NCBI GenBank assembly: GCA_965178125.1 | Contig: OZ237740.1 | Location: 930,001 to 994,000, forward strand | Reading direction: 5' to 3' | DNA: 64,000 nt | Source of the DNA: Bilabrum cf. latius | Lineage: Eukaryota | Shown here: piece after piece, positions 1-15,000 of the stretch | How the letters are laid out: every line of letters begins with the position of its first letter | How positions within the stretch are numbered: position 1 is the stretch's first letter | Translations under genes and position numbers: made by a program | Notes under the pieces: generated by a model | Seen by the model: the letters and a program-made list of their open reading frames with translations, nothing else | What the model was told of the DNA's origin: nothing | Databases searched by the model: none

Positions 1-3000
1 AGTGACAAGCTCTTGGAGCACTTCTTGCTCCTTCTCTTGCTGTTTTTCCTGCTCACGTTCCTGGGTGACTTCCTGCTGACTCACTAGCTCTCCGTCAAAC
101 CCAACGATCCGAGCTGCTGCGTATTCGACAGCAGCGTCTCCTCCCAGCACATCGTCACCATCTGCAGTCCCTTCATCATCGGCGGCAGTTTTGCTCTCGG
201 CTGCACCAGATGAAGCATGCTGCTGCTCCTACAACTCTCGCTGCCTCTCCCTGGCAGCTCTTATTCTGCGCTGCAGGCTGCTATCTCGGGAACTTTGAGC
301 GTCCGCTACGGCCAGGAGAATAACGTCCCGAGCCGCCGTTCTCGCGTCCCTGAGCGCCTCAGACGCATATCCTCGCATGGTTGTATCATCCCCAACAATA
401 TCGCGCCACTCATGGAGCATTCTCTCTAGCTTCTGCGCGAATCCGATCGGAGGCTCGATAACGGCCGGCACATCGAACTCGAGGGGGTCCAAGAACGCCT
501 CCACGCACCGCGAGAGTAGTTTCTGCCGCTTGTCCACCCCAATGAGAACGTCAGATCGCTTCAGGTCGTAGCGTGTCAGCTTCTTCTAGGGCATACTATG
601 GGCAAGCTTCTTCCTCGCGAGTCTACTTCTGGATCCACCAGACCTGAAGCTGCTGGTGGAGCCCCCAGACCCAACGCCAGTCAAGTAGGTGTCATCTGGC
701 GACTGAGAACCGAATTTTTCTTGGAGCAACTCTTTCGTCCCAGTGTCTGCATGGTACTCGGTGAGAGCGCGCGAATCAGCGAACCTAGTGACAAGTGGCA
801 TCAGCCTAGCACCCTGGAACATCCTTTCGTACGACAACAGGAAGGGGGTAGGCGGCCGGAGCCCGGGCGTGTCGATCAGTGGGAAGAAGGCCTGCATGTG
901 GGTGTGCCAGCCCAGGAACCCACTGGCTATGTTGCCAAAAGATCGATCGCTCGAGCCGTCGGAACCAGCTGCACTAGCAACGGGCACTGCCGCAGCGCCC
1001 CCAGAAGCTGCACCTGCACCGCTGCTCGGTCCTGATTCATGCGACAGTATCTCCAAGATTGCCTAGGCCAGCATCGCCCTGGACGGTGGGTGGAGCACCG
1101 TTGCACCCGAAGCACCCTCCTCAGAGTCGCCGTAGCCAGAGCTTTGCGCCCCCTGGCGGAACGCGCGCAGCATCCTGTCTCGCAGCGCCGTCAGCTATTC
1201 GCTAGACTCAGCATCTCCACGAATAAGCGTTCGCAGTGTTCTATCCCTCACGCGATTACCCACTTCGCGTTGCATGGCGTCATTGTTGAATATAATGCCA
1301 TCGTCTCCGCTGAGCGTGAGTGGCTCGCCTGAACACAAACCGGGCGGTCCGCTCTCCCTTGCCTTCCGGCCGTCATGCGCGGCCAGGTACAGCTGGCGCT
1401 CGACCAAGAAGGGTGGCAGCGGCTCCGACCGCAGCGTCTTGAGCGCTTTCTGCCTCCAAATGTTGGTAAGCCGTAGCTAGCACAGGGACAGATGCTGCAT
1501 GTGCTCCGAGCGAATGGACTTGGTGACCAGCCAGGCCACCACATCGCGCGGCAGGAAGCCGGTGTCCGACACCTCTCGCACCCTAGACAGCACCTCTGGA
1601 ATTACAGCAACGCTGAGTTTTTGTCCTTGCCCCAGACCGCGCATCCGATAGCAGCCCTGTGCCATGTCACGGAGAGTCATGTCATTGGACAAAGTGACCA
1701 CGGCCCGGGCATCGAGGCCCTGCTTGATGTCTTGGCCAGTGGTGTGGGCGTGGTCAAATACCACAAATCGCGCGTGCGGCGCAAGGCCGCAGTCCTGGAG
1801 CGGAATGGTGCGACCGCTCGCTCGCATTACCGCCATCTGTCTACCAGCGTTGTCGATGAACACGCAGCCCTTGAACCGGGGACGCAGCTTGCTCAGAATG
1901 AAACGAGCTGCCTGTTCGTTCGACATTCCAGTGATCAGAGCCCCCGTGTCGATCACCGCATTGTACGGCGGATCTGCTTGCGCGATTGATGTGAGCAGGC
2001 TCTTGACAGACCAATCATCCAGGCTGCCTTCGAACACCCCGATGATACCGCTGTCTGTAAGCGTCCGGAGGATCTTTGCCTCGCTACCCGGCTCGTACTC
2101 ACACGTCATGCCACGGGGAAGCAGGTCATTCGGCGTACCAGAGAAGCCCAGTCGCCTCGCAAACAACTGCTCGCCAACGATATCAACCCCTGTTGCCATG
2201 ATCTTCACCTTTTGGTGATGCATCACTGCGGGGAACACATGTTTGCGCAAGAAATGGGATATAATTGCGGGAGAGTCGCACAGCACCTCATGGACAGCCA
2301 TCGTCTGCACCTGATTTCCCATGTCGATCAGCGGAAGCGGAAGCACGCCAGCGACGCGAGAGCGGTTCCCACCAGTGCTCCATGAGTCGTTTCCAGATCC
2401 AATTAGCACATCGAGGCTGCGCACGCGTTTCTTTCCACCCCTGCTGCGCTTGCTACTTGCTCCACCGGTCGAGCCGTCAGCACTTGAGCCTCTTTCGGTA
2501 ATGTCAAACTCCCCGCCTGAGCTCCCTCGTCGGCGGAGCGAGACGGTGCCCTCCTCACCGCCACCTAGCCCAAGCGACGGCATGCGAAGCAGCGTAGGGG
2601 CAGGCATCTGCGCAACATCATCATCTGTAACAGTGGCGGTGGAATCCTGCCTTGACATTGGCTGCAACGCCAAGCCCTCCCCATCCGCGTCGCCTACAAC
2701 CCCAGCCCCAGAATCCGCTGCAAGCTGCTTGGCCTGCGTCTCCTTGCGGAACGCCTCCCTAGCTGATTCTGCCCGGCGCGCCTGCTCCAACCACGACATG
2801 AATAGTCTGCTAGATGGCCGTTCATCGGGCCGGCCTTGCTCACGAGACATGGAGAGTCGCAAACTCTGCACCACGCTGTGGCAGTCTTCGTACCTCAGTC
2901 CCTCGTACCTGTACGCCAAGTAGCTAAGGCAAATCAGCACGTCCTGGTGTGAGAACTCTGAAGTGGGTGATGGCTGCTCCTTGCCGAGGAACGGTACGGC

Positions 3001-6000
3001 GAGCACCGCACGCGGAGTCAGGTGGCCCATCGGGTCTCGCTCCATGAAACCAGGGTCACCTTGTTGCAGCAGACCATAAGACACGCGGTCTACCTTACTG
3101 AGCGCATGCGGAATATACAGATTCAGCAGATCCCTGTTCAAGTTCAGCAACCGGATAGTCTTGCCTGAGCTGCGGGACATGAGCAGCTCGGATTCCTAGG
3201 AGCGGGATCCAGCCTCGCCTGACACGTACTTGAGAGCGGCTCGGATCACAAGGGGGTCAAGCTTGGAAGAAGTCACCTCGACGGCCTCGATTCGCTTCAG
3301 AGCATCATCTGCCGCGATTCCGTCCGCGTCCTTTTCGCTCGCATCTGCCGAAGTCGCTGCGGTTTTCCCCGGATCGCTTGCAGCGGTTGTGGAGATCAAC
3401 CAGTCCTCGCCGACGCACTCCTGCTCGAGCACCCACAGCAGTGACCACCTGGCTAGCTCCGGGAGCAGTTTCCGCTGGTACCACTACTTGTCTAGCAGGA
3501 CAACGTGTGGCACCGTCTGCACTGCGAGCTGTCTCACACCGTCTCGAAGGGTGTCGCGCATGCGCAGCAACAGCTCGGACGCATTGGAAGCAGTGCCTGT
3601 CGCACCCTAAAGCACAGGAAAATCCTCTGGCGAGTCGCCGTCGGCTGCGTCCCCAAGCACACCGGCAGGAAGCACGATGCGGGCAGCTGCAACGGTCTTC
3701 TCTGCAACATCACCGGAAGCACCAGACTTTGACTTGTCGTCGTCTTCGGCACTGGGCTTCCCTCCATCTGATCCGCTGCCAGACAGCTGCTCGCTGTACT
3801 GCGACGAAAGTGGTGGTACCTCAGGGGGATTCCCGCCCTCGGCAAGCGTCTCGGGCGAGCAACACGCCAAGAGCCCAGAGAGGATCCAAATTGGCATCAG
3901 CCATCGCTCTGGGCTAAGAAACAAGGGGTACTTCCTGTTCAGCGGAAAGTTCAGCTCGCTCTTCAGCGGTTGCACCACGAGATCCACTTCGTCCACGAGC
4001 ACGAGTCCGTTGTTATCCTTCGACCAAAGGCTCAAGATCTGACGGAGTGCCTCCGCACAGGCTTCAGTTGCCGTCAAACGCAAAGATTCCTCTTCGAGAT
4101 CATTTGCTAGATCCTCGCTCGTTTCTCGTATTTCAGATGGTGGCACAAACGCATGAGGTGGGGCCGAGCGCAAGTCCTGCATCATGTCCACGTACTGTAG
4201 CATGGCAGATTTGACAGCCTCAGGAGGGGCAATTACGATCGAGCCCCTGCGACGAGCCATGTCCAGTCGCTCCCATAGACGCCAGAGCATGTCGTGGTAC
4301 TTGCTGAGCTTCAAGCGACCCATCTGTGCGGCACTTGCTGAGACAACAACTGGGTAAACCTTGCCCTGCAGCTCTGTCCACACGTTTCTATCATCCCATA
4401 CCTAGGCGACCACAAAACCACGACTCGACAGAATGTCTTGAATCGGAGACTTTCCTGACTCTGCCACGCGTCGCTCCTCCCTCGTCCTGCGAGTGAGTGT
4501 GAACTCGGGCTCCACCACCAATGACTGCACCCCGGCGTCATGATCAGGGAGAGGACCTTGCTCCCCTTGCAGCTGAGGAATGACGAAGCGTTCGAACTCG
4601 AACGTGATCACCATTCTGTTAAAGAATGGCGCTGCAACCACTGATCTAAGCATGCGCCTTGACATGTCCAGCAGCGACGAGGGCACAACCGACGTCACCA
4701 AGGACTTCCCGTCACTCAAGCTTATGGCCAGCGCAGGCTGAATGACACTCGACTTCCCCAGGCCCATGATCGCCTAGATGATTCTAGATGGCGACTGCGA
4801 GCTCTGTGCCGATTCGAGGAAGGCATCGATCATCTCGACCTGCCTCCCGCGGAGCACGAAACCCGTCACAAGCTCCATAGCGAGGTACCGCGGATCAAAT
4901 GTCCATATGCAACGCCTAGAGTCCACCTGTCGCATGTACTGTCGTTTGCCAGAAATAAAAGAGGCAGCAGCGACCGATTTCGCTCTCGTGACCTTCACAT
5001 CTCCATCCAGGCTTGCACATGCAGACTGAAGCCAACCTTGCAGCGCACGATTTGATGCCTCGCTAGCAAGCACAGCTGCTTGCTGCGGTGCGTCCTGCAA
5101 GGCCCCGAGAACTACCGCGCAACCTTCTCGAGACTCAATCGCAGTTCCAATCCGAGCCTCTGCTGGCTTCTGAGGCAAGCCAGCAGTCTCTGCAGCTGAG
5201 CTGGAGCCAGCAGCTACCAGCAGCCGCTCCCAGTCCATAACTGGTGTCGTTGCGAGTAAACTGCCCACAGTATCACGCTGTCTTTTCCTCACAACGGAGT
5301 AGGCGTCTGTCATGGTGGCTTCACCTGCAGCTGCACCACTGCTGCTGGCTGGAAGTGGCTGGGAGGCCCCACCGTAGGCGAGGAATACCCGGACCCAGCT
5401 TCGCATCTTTCTGAGTCCTGATGCTGCATTGAACGGCAGGGAGTCCAGCTCTGGCTTCGAAAACTCGATCTTAACGCTGTCAAGATTGACCAACCTGTCT
5501 TCGGATGCCATTTGCGGTATCAATGCGCGCTGCACCTCCGATCTAGGGGGCCGTACCATCGCTGCCGGATCAATGTCACCCCAACCCTGCGCAGCAACCA
5601 CGCCCGAGGCAATGAGCTCGGGTAGCTCCGCTGTAATCCTGTTCCAAACGCTATCAATGATTATTCCTTCCAGCTGACGGCGCACTCCCCTTACCGCGTC
5701 TCTGCACTGCCTGGCTTGTTCGCCTCGCAAGGCGACTGCAGTGAGCACGGCAACAGCCTCTACCACAGTATCCACGGACTCGCTGGACAAGGACGGGTTC
5801 CATTGCCTGGAGACGATGCTTCGAGAGTTCGTCAAAAGCGTGGAAATAATCCTGCTGTATGTTGGTGGCGCCCGTTCCGACGAAGTGTGCTGCAACCGAA
5901 GCATGGCATTCCTTGTCACGGTGCCCTCATCTCGTGGGCCATCCGACCCATCCTGTGCGCCGGGACTAACGTTTTCTTGCTCGTTTTCGCTTGAATTTGC

Positions 6001-9000
6001 ATCTTGACCCGCCCCGCTGGACGTGCCAAATTGTGGTGTGCTGCACTGCACCAGCATTTCAACCATTTGCTCCGTGGTGAGGCTGCTGTCGGACTCTGCA
6101 ATGAGCTGCAAGCGAGCCTCAAGCCGGATTAGACCCTCGCGCGCTCGAGCAAGATCATCTGCTGCTTCTTGGAATGAAGAGCCTCCAGAGCTCGACTATT
6201 CGTCTGAGCCAAGCCCGGCGATCCGCTTGGAAATATCCTTAGCTTTATCAATGAGGGTCTAAGCGGCAACGCAGACCGAGTCGTCTGCACTGCGCAACAA
6301 CCTCTGCATGGCAGAAGCATTCGACTCTGCCGATCGCTCTGCATCTGCCTTAAATCGTTCCATCATGGCCTGGCCCACCGCCGACTTTAGCTCGGGCATC
6401 TTTGAAACGTCAAAGGGGACATTCCTGGAGAACTCGCCGCCGCGATGAGACGAGTTGCCAGGCGCAGGCACCTTTACAATCAAACTATCGGCTACGTGTG
6501 ATGGCCTGTCCTCCATCGAGTCTTCTCCTGCTATACAAGACAGAAGACCCTGTCCATGCAAACCAGTTGCGCCTCTCGTGTCAAGAAGTCTATCGCGGAT
6601 ATCACCGATCTTGGTTGCAAATTCGGACGAGTCGTCCGTCATTTCCACTGCAGAGTCTCCAGCTCGCAGCGCGATCTTCTGGCTGTCGCGTAGCGAGTCC
6701 ATCGCAAAGGGTCTCTGCATCGGCTCCTGGGCAAGCACCTCGTCCACGTTCATGGCAGCGAGAGGTTGCCGTGGCGCGAAGAAAGGCTACTCCGCAGGCT
6801 TCTCCTGCGTAATTTCTCCCGAGAAGAACATGTCGAGCGCGTGCAGTGCTAGGTTCCTGCATGCTCCAAAGAGGCGCAGGTCCCATTTGCTGATCTTTCG
6901 GCCTTGCACATCGGGCAGCTCAATGTCCTGGCCCAGGATAGTGAGTTCTTCCAGCCGATCCTGCAGGGGGGCCCGCAGCATGTCCTAAACCTTTGCTGCA
7001 GCGTGCAGGATACTGGGTGGGGGACGGGTCAGTACGAACGTGTTTATCACGGTACTCATCCCTGGAATGTCGGTAAGCGGTAATCCCAATCCGTCCCATC
7101 CTGAAAGTTTGAGACCACGGGAGGCGACAGACCGGTCACCAGCAGCATACCGCTCAGCTGCCCGCATCAGGGCAATCCCGATGCAGCCCATGGCGGAGTC
7201 TCTACCGCCACCATATTTGGCCAAGTGAGACACCTAAAACCGAAGCATGAACGCCCGCATCAGCGCTAGAGGCACCTCAAAGTCGTCTGCGGTAGGCTCT
7301 CGACCAATGGGCTCTCTGACTCCCATCCTCGAGTCGTCCATGTAGTCAGCATCCACGTCGTCTGCACTGGGTGCGGGCTCGCCTGGGGCTCCAATGCTCC
7401 CGGGCGCAGCCACACCCCGCGTATCTCGGCACTTGCGAAGCCATGACAGGTCAATCGCTCCGAAGAAAGCGGCCAACTCCTTGTCGCTGGAAGGATCCAC
7501 GATCGACTGGATTGCCCGACCGCATCCGGCATTATCAGTGTGCTTCGAGGGCACGTAGTCGCGCAGTTGCCCCACTAGATACGCGGTGATGACCAGCACG
7601 CTGCTGCCTCTGACAGTGTCAGGTAGGTCGGAAGGCTTAGTATCCCTATCTTGGCCGGTAATGCGATGGTACAAGCCGCTGTCCTTGTGCCTTTGCTTGA
7701 CAGCGTCCAGGTGGCGCTTGAAGTGCATGAAGGACTTCTGCTCCAAGTGCCGCCCACCATCGTTCTGCACCGCTTTCTCAAAGAAGAAGTAGCTGCCCGG
7801 ATGACCCGCTAGAACATCGGCAGGAAAGTGCTCGGCGCCCTGTAGGCACATCGCGTCATCAACCTCAAGGCACCTTGCAAGAGAATTACGACCCAACGCC
7901 TCCTCTAGAGAAGCCAAACTAGTAGCCTCAGGAACCATGCCGGGCATCTTGCAGCCGCGAGCAGCCTCGTATGAGCGAACTGCGTGCTCAGCGAGTCCTG
8001 CCCTAGGTCGCTCGAGAGCTGCATGGCTTACACTGCTGTGCGCCTTTGCGCTCCAGACCAAGGCTTTTCGCGCACCGGTTCTGCTAGCCGCTGCTGACTC
8101 GAGCTCGCCCGAAATCTCATGAAGGACGGGAGCCACCGGCAGAACAGCTCCAATGCTGACTATTCCTGCGCTAGACCAGCCATCAGACAAACCCGATGCA
8201 ATCCTCAGCTGCGGGTCGGCTCTGACCACGACAGACACGCCATCAAATAGCAGTGTGGTCTGTTCATCACCGTAGTTCATCGATCCGCGGCCCCGAATCC
8301 CAGTAGGTGCACTCCGCATGCCAAGCATGTAATTCGCAGTTGAAGGTGATCTCACTAGGGGTTGCGTAAGGCCCTCATCCAAGAACACGGCGGCAGTCCC
8401 ACACGATGACTGCTTTACCTGAAGGGCGACCCTCTTTGCCCCCGGGATGCGCACGTTCAGCACGCCCTCGGCGACCTGCAGGGGAGCTCCTGCTCCAAAC
8501 CCGATGACGGACTCCTGCGGGATCAACGTGAGCTCTTCAGGAGAGCGATGGCTAGTCCAAGCAATCTCGTCCTTGGTTCGCTGGTCTGCAAGCTGCCAAC
8601 GGCGCTGGCGAAGCGCTTGGAGAAGCACGGGCCTACCCTTTGCAGCAATGGGAAACATCCCACCCTTGTGCATGTCCATCTCTTCATCGATCGTGAGCCT
8701 GGCATGCTGAGCGACTTCATCGAAACACTCATAGTATAGCTCCAGCTTGAACTCCGTCATGCTGCTTGCAAGGTGTCTGGCTGACACGGCATAGTCTGTG
8801 GCTCCTATTCGGTTTCCCGCAACGGCAGGTGGAACGGAGGTGTGCTGGTCTACGTTGCCACCAGCGTTCGTAATACTGGTGACGAGGTTCTTCGATCGAA
8901 TGGCCTCGAATCGCTACAGCCGCAGCATGGCAGCAACAACGTCAGGATGCGTGTTTAGCTTCAGGTTAGCATCAGAAGTTACTTCTGCAATCGCGTTGGC

Positions 9001-12000
9001 GTCATCCATCGTTTGCACGTCGTCGACCTCGCACTGTTGAATAAACTCGTGAGCAGCCCTCGTGTCTCCCGCTAGCAAAGCGTTCTGAACCATGAATGCA
9101 GCTGCTGCAACGTTGGGACTCAGCACGTACTGCAAAGAGTGGTGCATTTCGGTGAGTTGCACCTTGCGACGTGACGTCTGGACATCACCAATCACCGCCT
9201 CGCGAGCTGTTTGCAACGGCATGCGTTCGATCGAATGCACGATTGAGCTGCAAACAGGTGAGAGGATGCTTATCTTGCCCGTTTCGTTGCCTAACACGAT
9301 AGAGAATGGCAGATGCCTCAGCACACCGCCAATCTGAGGCGGCCGCTTGTTGCTGAGATACTGGCCCGAAAGCTCCCTGCAGGACACTCGCCATGGCGTC
9401 TTCTCTTGGCAGTTGACTGTGCCTTTCCCGGCTTTTCCAAGCTGCAAACTAGTGATTGTAGACGGCTGGACATCAAAGTTAAGCTCGAGGCGAGGAAGTT
9501 CGATGTGAGTGACAGCGACGGTATCGCCATACGTCCGGCTGGCGGCTCCTTTGGACCAGTACAGCACGTGCCCAGGGCGTTCGATTCGACTGAAGCAACG
9601 GGCTAGTCTCCCCATGGCGCTGTCATCAGGACTGTGCTGCGTGGCAATCAGCATCTCACAATCTACAGCAAGGCCGTAGGCGGGAGGAGCAGCGCGCAGT
9701 CTCGTGGCGGCCCAGAATTTCACAAAATCAGCGAACTAAAACCGCCTAACTTGCGCCTCTACGTCAAAACCAAAGTACTCGCGCTGCTTTGAGTCACTCG
9801 CCGGTCTCGTATCTGCCAATGCGGAGGCTGCCCCGCCATCTACGCCGGATTCTACGGGTAAAAGAGCCTAGCCATTCGATTCTACGAGATGCTTGGAACA
9901 GGCGGGCGGTGAGGCAAGTGGCACAGGGGTCGGGGTGAGCTCAAGCACCACAACGGTATGTCTGACATGCTGCGGGGCCCTCGGTGCAGGATAACCAACC
10001 AAGGTTACTCTCTGCGGCGGCGCCTAGAAGCACTGCTCTGCTTGATCAAGAAGGCCAATACCCTTGGACCTGGCTTGGGCTGCAAGGGTGGCAGCCTGAG
10101 CCTGGCTCCTGTCTCCAGCACTAGAGCCAGCAACATCAACGGGCTGCTGCAGTCTTGTCTGCTACTTTTCAATCTCCGGAAGGGAAGCGAGAACTGGATT
10201 TTGGACGTCTTCCACTGCATCTCTGACGCGGAAGAAAGTGTACTACGTCGCTAAAGCCGATGGAATGGCACCGATCAGGTGGCTCGGTTCGATGAGCTCT
10301 TCTGCACCAACGAGGCGCTCGATCGATGCCACGGTCGCTCGCTTGCTGGCTCTTTCAATGGTTGCACGCGGAAGCAGTAGATCTGCCGATTGAGATGACT
10401 TACGAAGCTTGCCGTCTGCAGCTGGTGGGGCGAGCTAGTCGGGGATCGAGGCGCTCTTCGCAGCGGATCCAGCTCCAGCTGATGGAGACCTATCCTTTGA
10501 GTCATCGATCTCATCTTCATCTTCCCCTATTTCGATTGCTTTGGAAGCCGTTGCTGAGCTTAGCAGCGCAGCTTGTCCTGCAAGGCCAACAATCTCGCGC
10601 CGTACCGTGGCACCGCCAAGGTTCGTACCGTTCGAGGTCATCATGCCGCTTCTGTGCCACTGGGTGTACGGCGCATTCATTTCCATGTGATACCCTATGC
10701 CCGATGCCCGATGCCTGCACTCTTCTGAATACAAGACTCGACGGAGTGTCAGTCTGTCGTCAGGATCAAGGGAAGACACGCCACGCGTGCAATCGCTCTC
10801 AAAGCACAAGGTGCGCTTGAAGTGTCTGGCCACCTCCATGAGCCTAAACACCCTCACGCGTCGTTGTGGATTGCTAGAAATCTCAATGTCGAACCAGAAT
10901 CCGTCTACAAGGGAAGACACGCCACGCGGCAGGCCGGTCTTCCCGCAACTCGGATTGCCAAAGAGGATCACGCGTCCGTCCAGCTCTTCTCTGTGGCTTG
11001 CCACTGACGAAACAGAGCCGCCTGTCAATGTTTTCTGCGTGGATTTGGCGATGGCTTCGGGCAACCCATCGCTCATCCAAGCCCGAATGAACCGGTTGGG
11101 CTCAATGTTGAACATGGCAGCCACTCGTTCGTTGGGGCACGGTACCTCGTTGTAGGCATCGCGAGCATTCAGCCTGAGGTCGAATAGGCGGCCGAGCCAC
11201 CCACAGAGTTTCGGGTCATACTCACTCGTAAAGCGCATATTTCTGTAGTAGGCCACCCCACCACGCACCACTGGCATGCCATATGCAGTCACTGGCACAG
11301 TCGCACAATTATCATCGCCAGCCGGCGCGTAGCCTTGCGGGCGCACATGCTCCTGCACAATCGAGGCCTGCACACCCTAGGGCTGGGTCCCAATGTTGCC
11401 GCGCGATCGCCGAAGAGTTGCATCCGTCCGGCTCACCTCTCGTCTTAAAGGGCTTGGAAGCAGCAGCGGGGCTCGCATGGACGCGGGATGCGGCGCAGAT
11501 CCGGACGGGTTTGGCTGAGTCGAGCCATGGGCCAGCGCTGGATTCTTCCACAGGTCCACCGTGTACAGGTGGTTCTTAAACCGGAACGTGTACTGCCGCA
11601 TGTTCTCAGTCTCCTTGACGAGGGCACCAAGCATGGTATGCATTGCTGATTGCAGCCCTGGCACCCGCGACTTGAGCAAGGCAATTGGGGCTGAGTTCTC
11701 GACCTCTGTCGGAACCTTGCTGACGCTGGATCCCCGCATCCTCAGCTCTCCTGTCTGCAGGTTCACCTGCGTGCTGCCCGTACCGTCCACAAAGGTACCC
11801 CCCACCTGAGATCGGCCCTGCTGTGCGTTCTCAAGAGCTTTCCTGGCCTGCTCGCGGATTGCTTCACCTTCGTCATCCAGCAGACTCAGCGCCATGTCCT
11901 CGTCGTTGTTGCACCGGGACAAGGCGATCTCACTCGCTGCCACTAGCTCTGCTGCCATCCGGCTACGGTAGGACTCGTCCGACTCGGCCAGGTCTTCAGC

Positions 12001-15000
12001 CGAGTTCTCTCCTCCAGCAGGTGGTGCCTCCTGACTTTTTGATTCGGATGTGCCGCTACCACTACCACTTGCAGCAGTGGACACCACAGCCGCCTCTTCG
12101 CGCGCAAAGCGTCTACGCAGCAGCTGTCCCAGGCGCAGTGCCGCCGGGGCGCACACTGGCGACTCCACATCAATCCCGAAGCCCCACTGCGCCTGCACAC
12201 CCTGCTAGACTGCAAAGCTTAGGTTGCATCGCAGGCGTATCACACACCGGTCCGCAGGAATCACGAGAGGGGGCACGTTGCCGACGCCGGGCCATCGTGA
12301 TGCGTTACCATGCCCAGGCATCTGCGTGCCAGAGTATCCCTGCACATTTCCCCACACAGCAGAGGCCGTCTCATCTCGAAAGAAGTGGATCTTGTCTTGA
12401 GGGGAGAGGGAAGTCTTCGGGTCGAACCGGATTACGAGATAGGACGCACCTGGCGACCGCACGGTCATCATCATGTCCTCATAGAATCGGTACGGGTGAG
12501 GACTGTCGAGCCGTTGCTTGCACACAAAGCGGGCCGAAGTTTCGGGCATCCATAGGGGCTCTGGAGCAGGCGGTTGCAGCAGAGCAGCAGATGTCAGGGT
12601 TTCACACATCTGGGAGCGCTCCCCGGCCGATGCCTCGGATGCCCGCTGACAGATGAGCTCCCGGAGCTTTTGCAGCATCTCAAACGGCAAGGAGCCGCCC
12701 AGTCCCCGGAAGGTCTGCATGCCATGCAGGCTCCCGGTGGTGACGCTTGTGTGGTAGCCCTCCGGGTCCACGGCTTGCAAGGACCGAGGCTGGCGGTTGT
12801 TTTGAGCGCGTCGAAAGGTGTTCTGACTGAACTGTGTGACTCCACCCGGGTAATTGGCGCTTAAGTTGCCACGCATAGAGTCGCCCTTGTAGTACTTGGA
12901 CCTCGTGCGAACAGCAGCAGCCGATGCGACCACATGAGTAAGGTCGACCATAGTGAGCTTGGAGGGACTCAGGTGCTGGACAACTACGGCGAGGTGCACG
13001 CGAATCTCTGCAATTGTATCCGCGTGGCTCTATCGCGCCGACGCTGACAGTCTCCCTGGCTGGCTAGACTTTGAAGTGCTCTGCGGGGGTTTGGCATTGC
13101 CGCCCTGCGCACTTCGTCCACCGCGCACTCCTCCTAGAGCAGCGAGCCTGCCTCGCTGCTGCTCTGCAGCAGAACCACCAGCCGCTCCAGCACCGCCCGC
13201 CTGTTGCAACTATTGAAGCTATCGCTGCTGCATCCCTCCCGTCACTGTGATATTCGCATGAAGCCCGTCGTAGTCATCTTCGTCATAGCTGTCATCGTCG
13301 TCGTAATCGTATTCATCGCCATTGACTTGGATGCCATTCATATTAGTCGGAGGACCTGCCGCCTTACTCTCATCCCCCGCGTTACTGTTTGATCCACTCG
13401 CGATGTCCTCATCCGCCACATCATCGGCTGCTCCGGCGGCTTCGCCGAACATGGCCTTCATGTTGCGGTCCAGGAGCAGCAGCAGCTTCCGCCTCGCCGC
13501 CCCCATTGTCCACAAGCGGATGCGCTCTAGGGCTCGGAAGGCCTCGGCGGGGCGCGTGCCATCCGGCAGAACGCACCGCGAGTCCTTCAGAACTGCGGGT
13601 GAGAGGTGCTTGCTTTGCACCCACGCATATGCCACGTCGAGGATCAGCACCAGAGCGCCCTCTACCCTAGACAGATTTTGGATCATGTACATGAGGATAG
13701 GCAGCGTGCTACTTGCGGTATCGGCGGTACAAAGGCCATCCACCTCATGTGCAAGCTGCAAAAGCGGCGTCACGATGCCTGCAGGAGCGTGCTTTAGCTC
13801 GTTCACCAAGATGCCTTCCCGTGTGCCCAGACTCGCTCGTTCCTGGTTAGACAGTAATGGAACAGACTACACTTCTTCTGAGCCGGGGACGTACGGGATC
13901 GCAGGCTCCTGGTCGTTGCGGCCCGCGCCGCTGGAAGCTGCTCCGCTTGACGAGGCCATTGCCCCAGCTTGGGACAGGGCGCGCGCCACTGCAGAAGAGG
14001 AGGAGGACGTGGCTCCGGGCCGCGCATCCCTGAGATCGGCAGCTGCCTGCCTTGCGGACGTATACAGCGTAGCGCCCCGCGCAGCCGCAACTTTTGGGTC
14101 GAAAAACTCCCTCGGCTGGTAAAGCAGATGCTCGATGAGGCCCCTCACAACGTGCGAGCTGCAGATCGCTGACGCCCCGCGCCTCGCGATAAACCTCAGG
14201 ATCAGAGGCACTCTAATGTATGGTACGCACATGAGGCACATAATGTGCTCTACGTCTTGCTGCGACAGGCTCCCGCCCAGTGTGGGCATCTTGGGTGATC
14301 GCACAACCACGTCCTCGCTGTGCGTCCACTTGAATGCACCGTACGATTCAAACCCTTCGGGTCGGACGATTCGCAACGGGTCGCGAGCCGTCAACTCACG
14401 ACCATCTTCAGGATTGGCATCAAGTCCAAGCATGCCACCGATCCGCTACAATAGTGTTCTCCCAGACCGGGCAGCTGCACGCTCTCGTGCCTGGTGGTCT
14501 AGCCACTCATCCGTCCAGGGCCCCTTGCTGTTGGCCGACATCAAGAAGCGCAGAGGGGAGCCCACTAGGCTGTGTACGTCAGCGTTTACCATGTTTGGTA
14601 CGATCTGGACAGGACTCGTGTTGCGGAGCGACTTGTAGGTGATACCAACCGTCGACGCGGAAATTGACTGGCGCTCGAGCAGCCTGATGTGCGGAACCTG
14701 GTAGTGATCGTTCGGTGGACTGAACAGTGAGGTGCGTGCACCCTGGTGGGCAGTCATGCAGAGCGCGGCTATCTGTCCTGGAAGGCACAGCAGGTCCTAG
14801 AACCCATGCTGCCCGGCGCTGGCCCAGTCAAAGACGAGCGCAGCCACGACCCTTTCCGTAACGTACAAGTTCTCATTCGGCGGGTCGTCCTGCATGCCCC
14901 GAAAACCCGTACGAATCGTAAGCCCGCGCGGGCCTCCTGCTTGCAGAAACTGCCGGCGGATAGTAGTAGGCAGATGTTCTTCAGGGAAGTCGAAAGAACT

